From Trypethelium eluteriae (Eukaryota), in contig JAVECL010000016.1 of NCBI GenBank assembly GCA_051942245.1, positions 62,001 through 107,011 on the forward strand: 45,011 bases of DNA, given 5' to 3'. The notes beneath the pieces were generated by a model that worked only from the letters and a program-made list of their open reading frames with translations, searched no databases and was not told where the DNA came from. The position numbers and the translations under genes are program-made. Shown one piece after another: positions 44,801-45,011 of the stretch. Each line of letters starts with the position of its first letter. The stretch's first letter is position 1.

Positions 44801-45011
44801 TCAGCTCTCTTCCTCTATCACCTCCTCTCCAGGCTCTTCCACCTCTTCCGGTCCTACCACCTTTTCCAATACCTCCACTCCCTTCCTCACTCTCTTCACC
44901 AATTCCTCCATCCCCTGAAACACATCTCCGTCCACGACCGCCCTTCTCGCCTCCTCCAACGCCTTCATCGCCCTTTCTTCTTGCTCACTCTCCCTCTCCC
45001 TGCCCTTCCCC
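44801..45011 (-). CDS. 3' end of an unidentified gene running off the right edge of the window
   Basis: Open frame GKGRERESEQEERAMKALEEARRAVVDGDVFQGMEELVKRVRKGVEVLEKVVGPEEVEEPGEEVIEEES*, with stop at 44803-44801. Confidence 0.6.
   Translation of the reverse strand, partial: GKGRERESEQEERAMKALEEARRAVVDGDVFQGMEELVKRVRKGVEVLEKVVGPEEVEEPGEEVIEEES

Noticed and set aside
1..45011. CRISPR arrays, rRNA/tRNA genes, intact transposons or Starship captain, secondary-metabolite core genes
   Set aside because: None seen: no regularly spaced repeats, cloverleaf patterns, TIR/LTR pairs, transposase/recombinase, or PKS/NRPS/terpene synthase motifs. Small ncRNAs cannot be excluded by eye.

Overview
Gene-dense genomic DNA from a filamentous ascomycete (Pezizomycotina), with short 45-100 nt spliceosomal introns. 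Gene models were spliced by eye, without any database search. About 20 loci are supported. Housekeeping genes: fructosamine-3-kinase, MGR2, VPS64/FAR10 (STRIPAK), an F-box/LRR protein, cytosolic AspRS, TRAX, GPI14 and an SDR. The left end holds secreted-protein genes: a six-bladed propeller, an S53 sedolisin and a hidden 4-exon glycoprotein. Interspersed are several genes that look like conflict or non-self-recognition components: a CorA-like membrane protein convergent on a SesA/HeLo-like + TPR protein, and a PNP_UDP-NB-ARC NLR with no repeat sensor. The most interesting candidate is a co-oriented three-gene cassette at 31.6-39.9 kb: a ~105-aa protein, a GMN-less CorA-like protein, and a non-RD Ser/Thr kinase fused to a C-terminal vWA domain, with CTAG-dense, possibly RIP-mutated patches nearby. 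MGR2, the ~105-aa gene, the secreted gene and the kinase catalytic exon are invisible or fragmented in the ORF track. A decayed pseudogene lies at 15.3-16.7 kb. No rRNA, tRNA, CRISPR array or intact transposon was seen.
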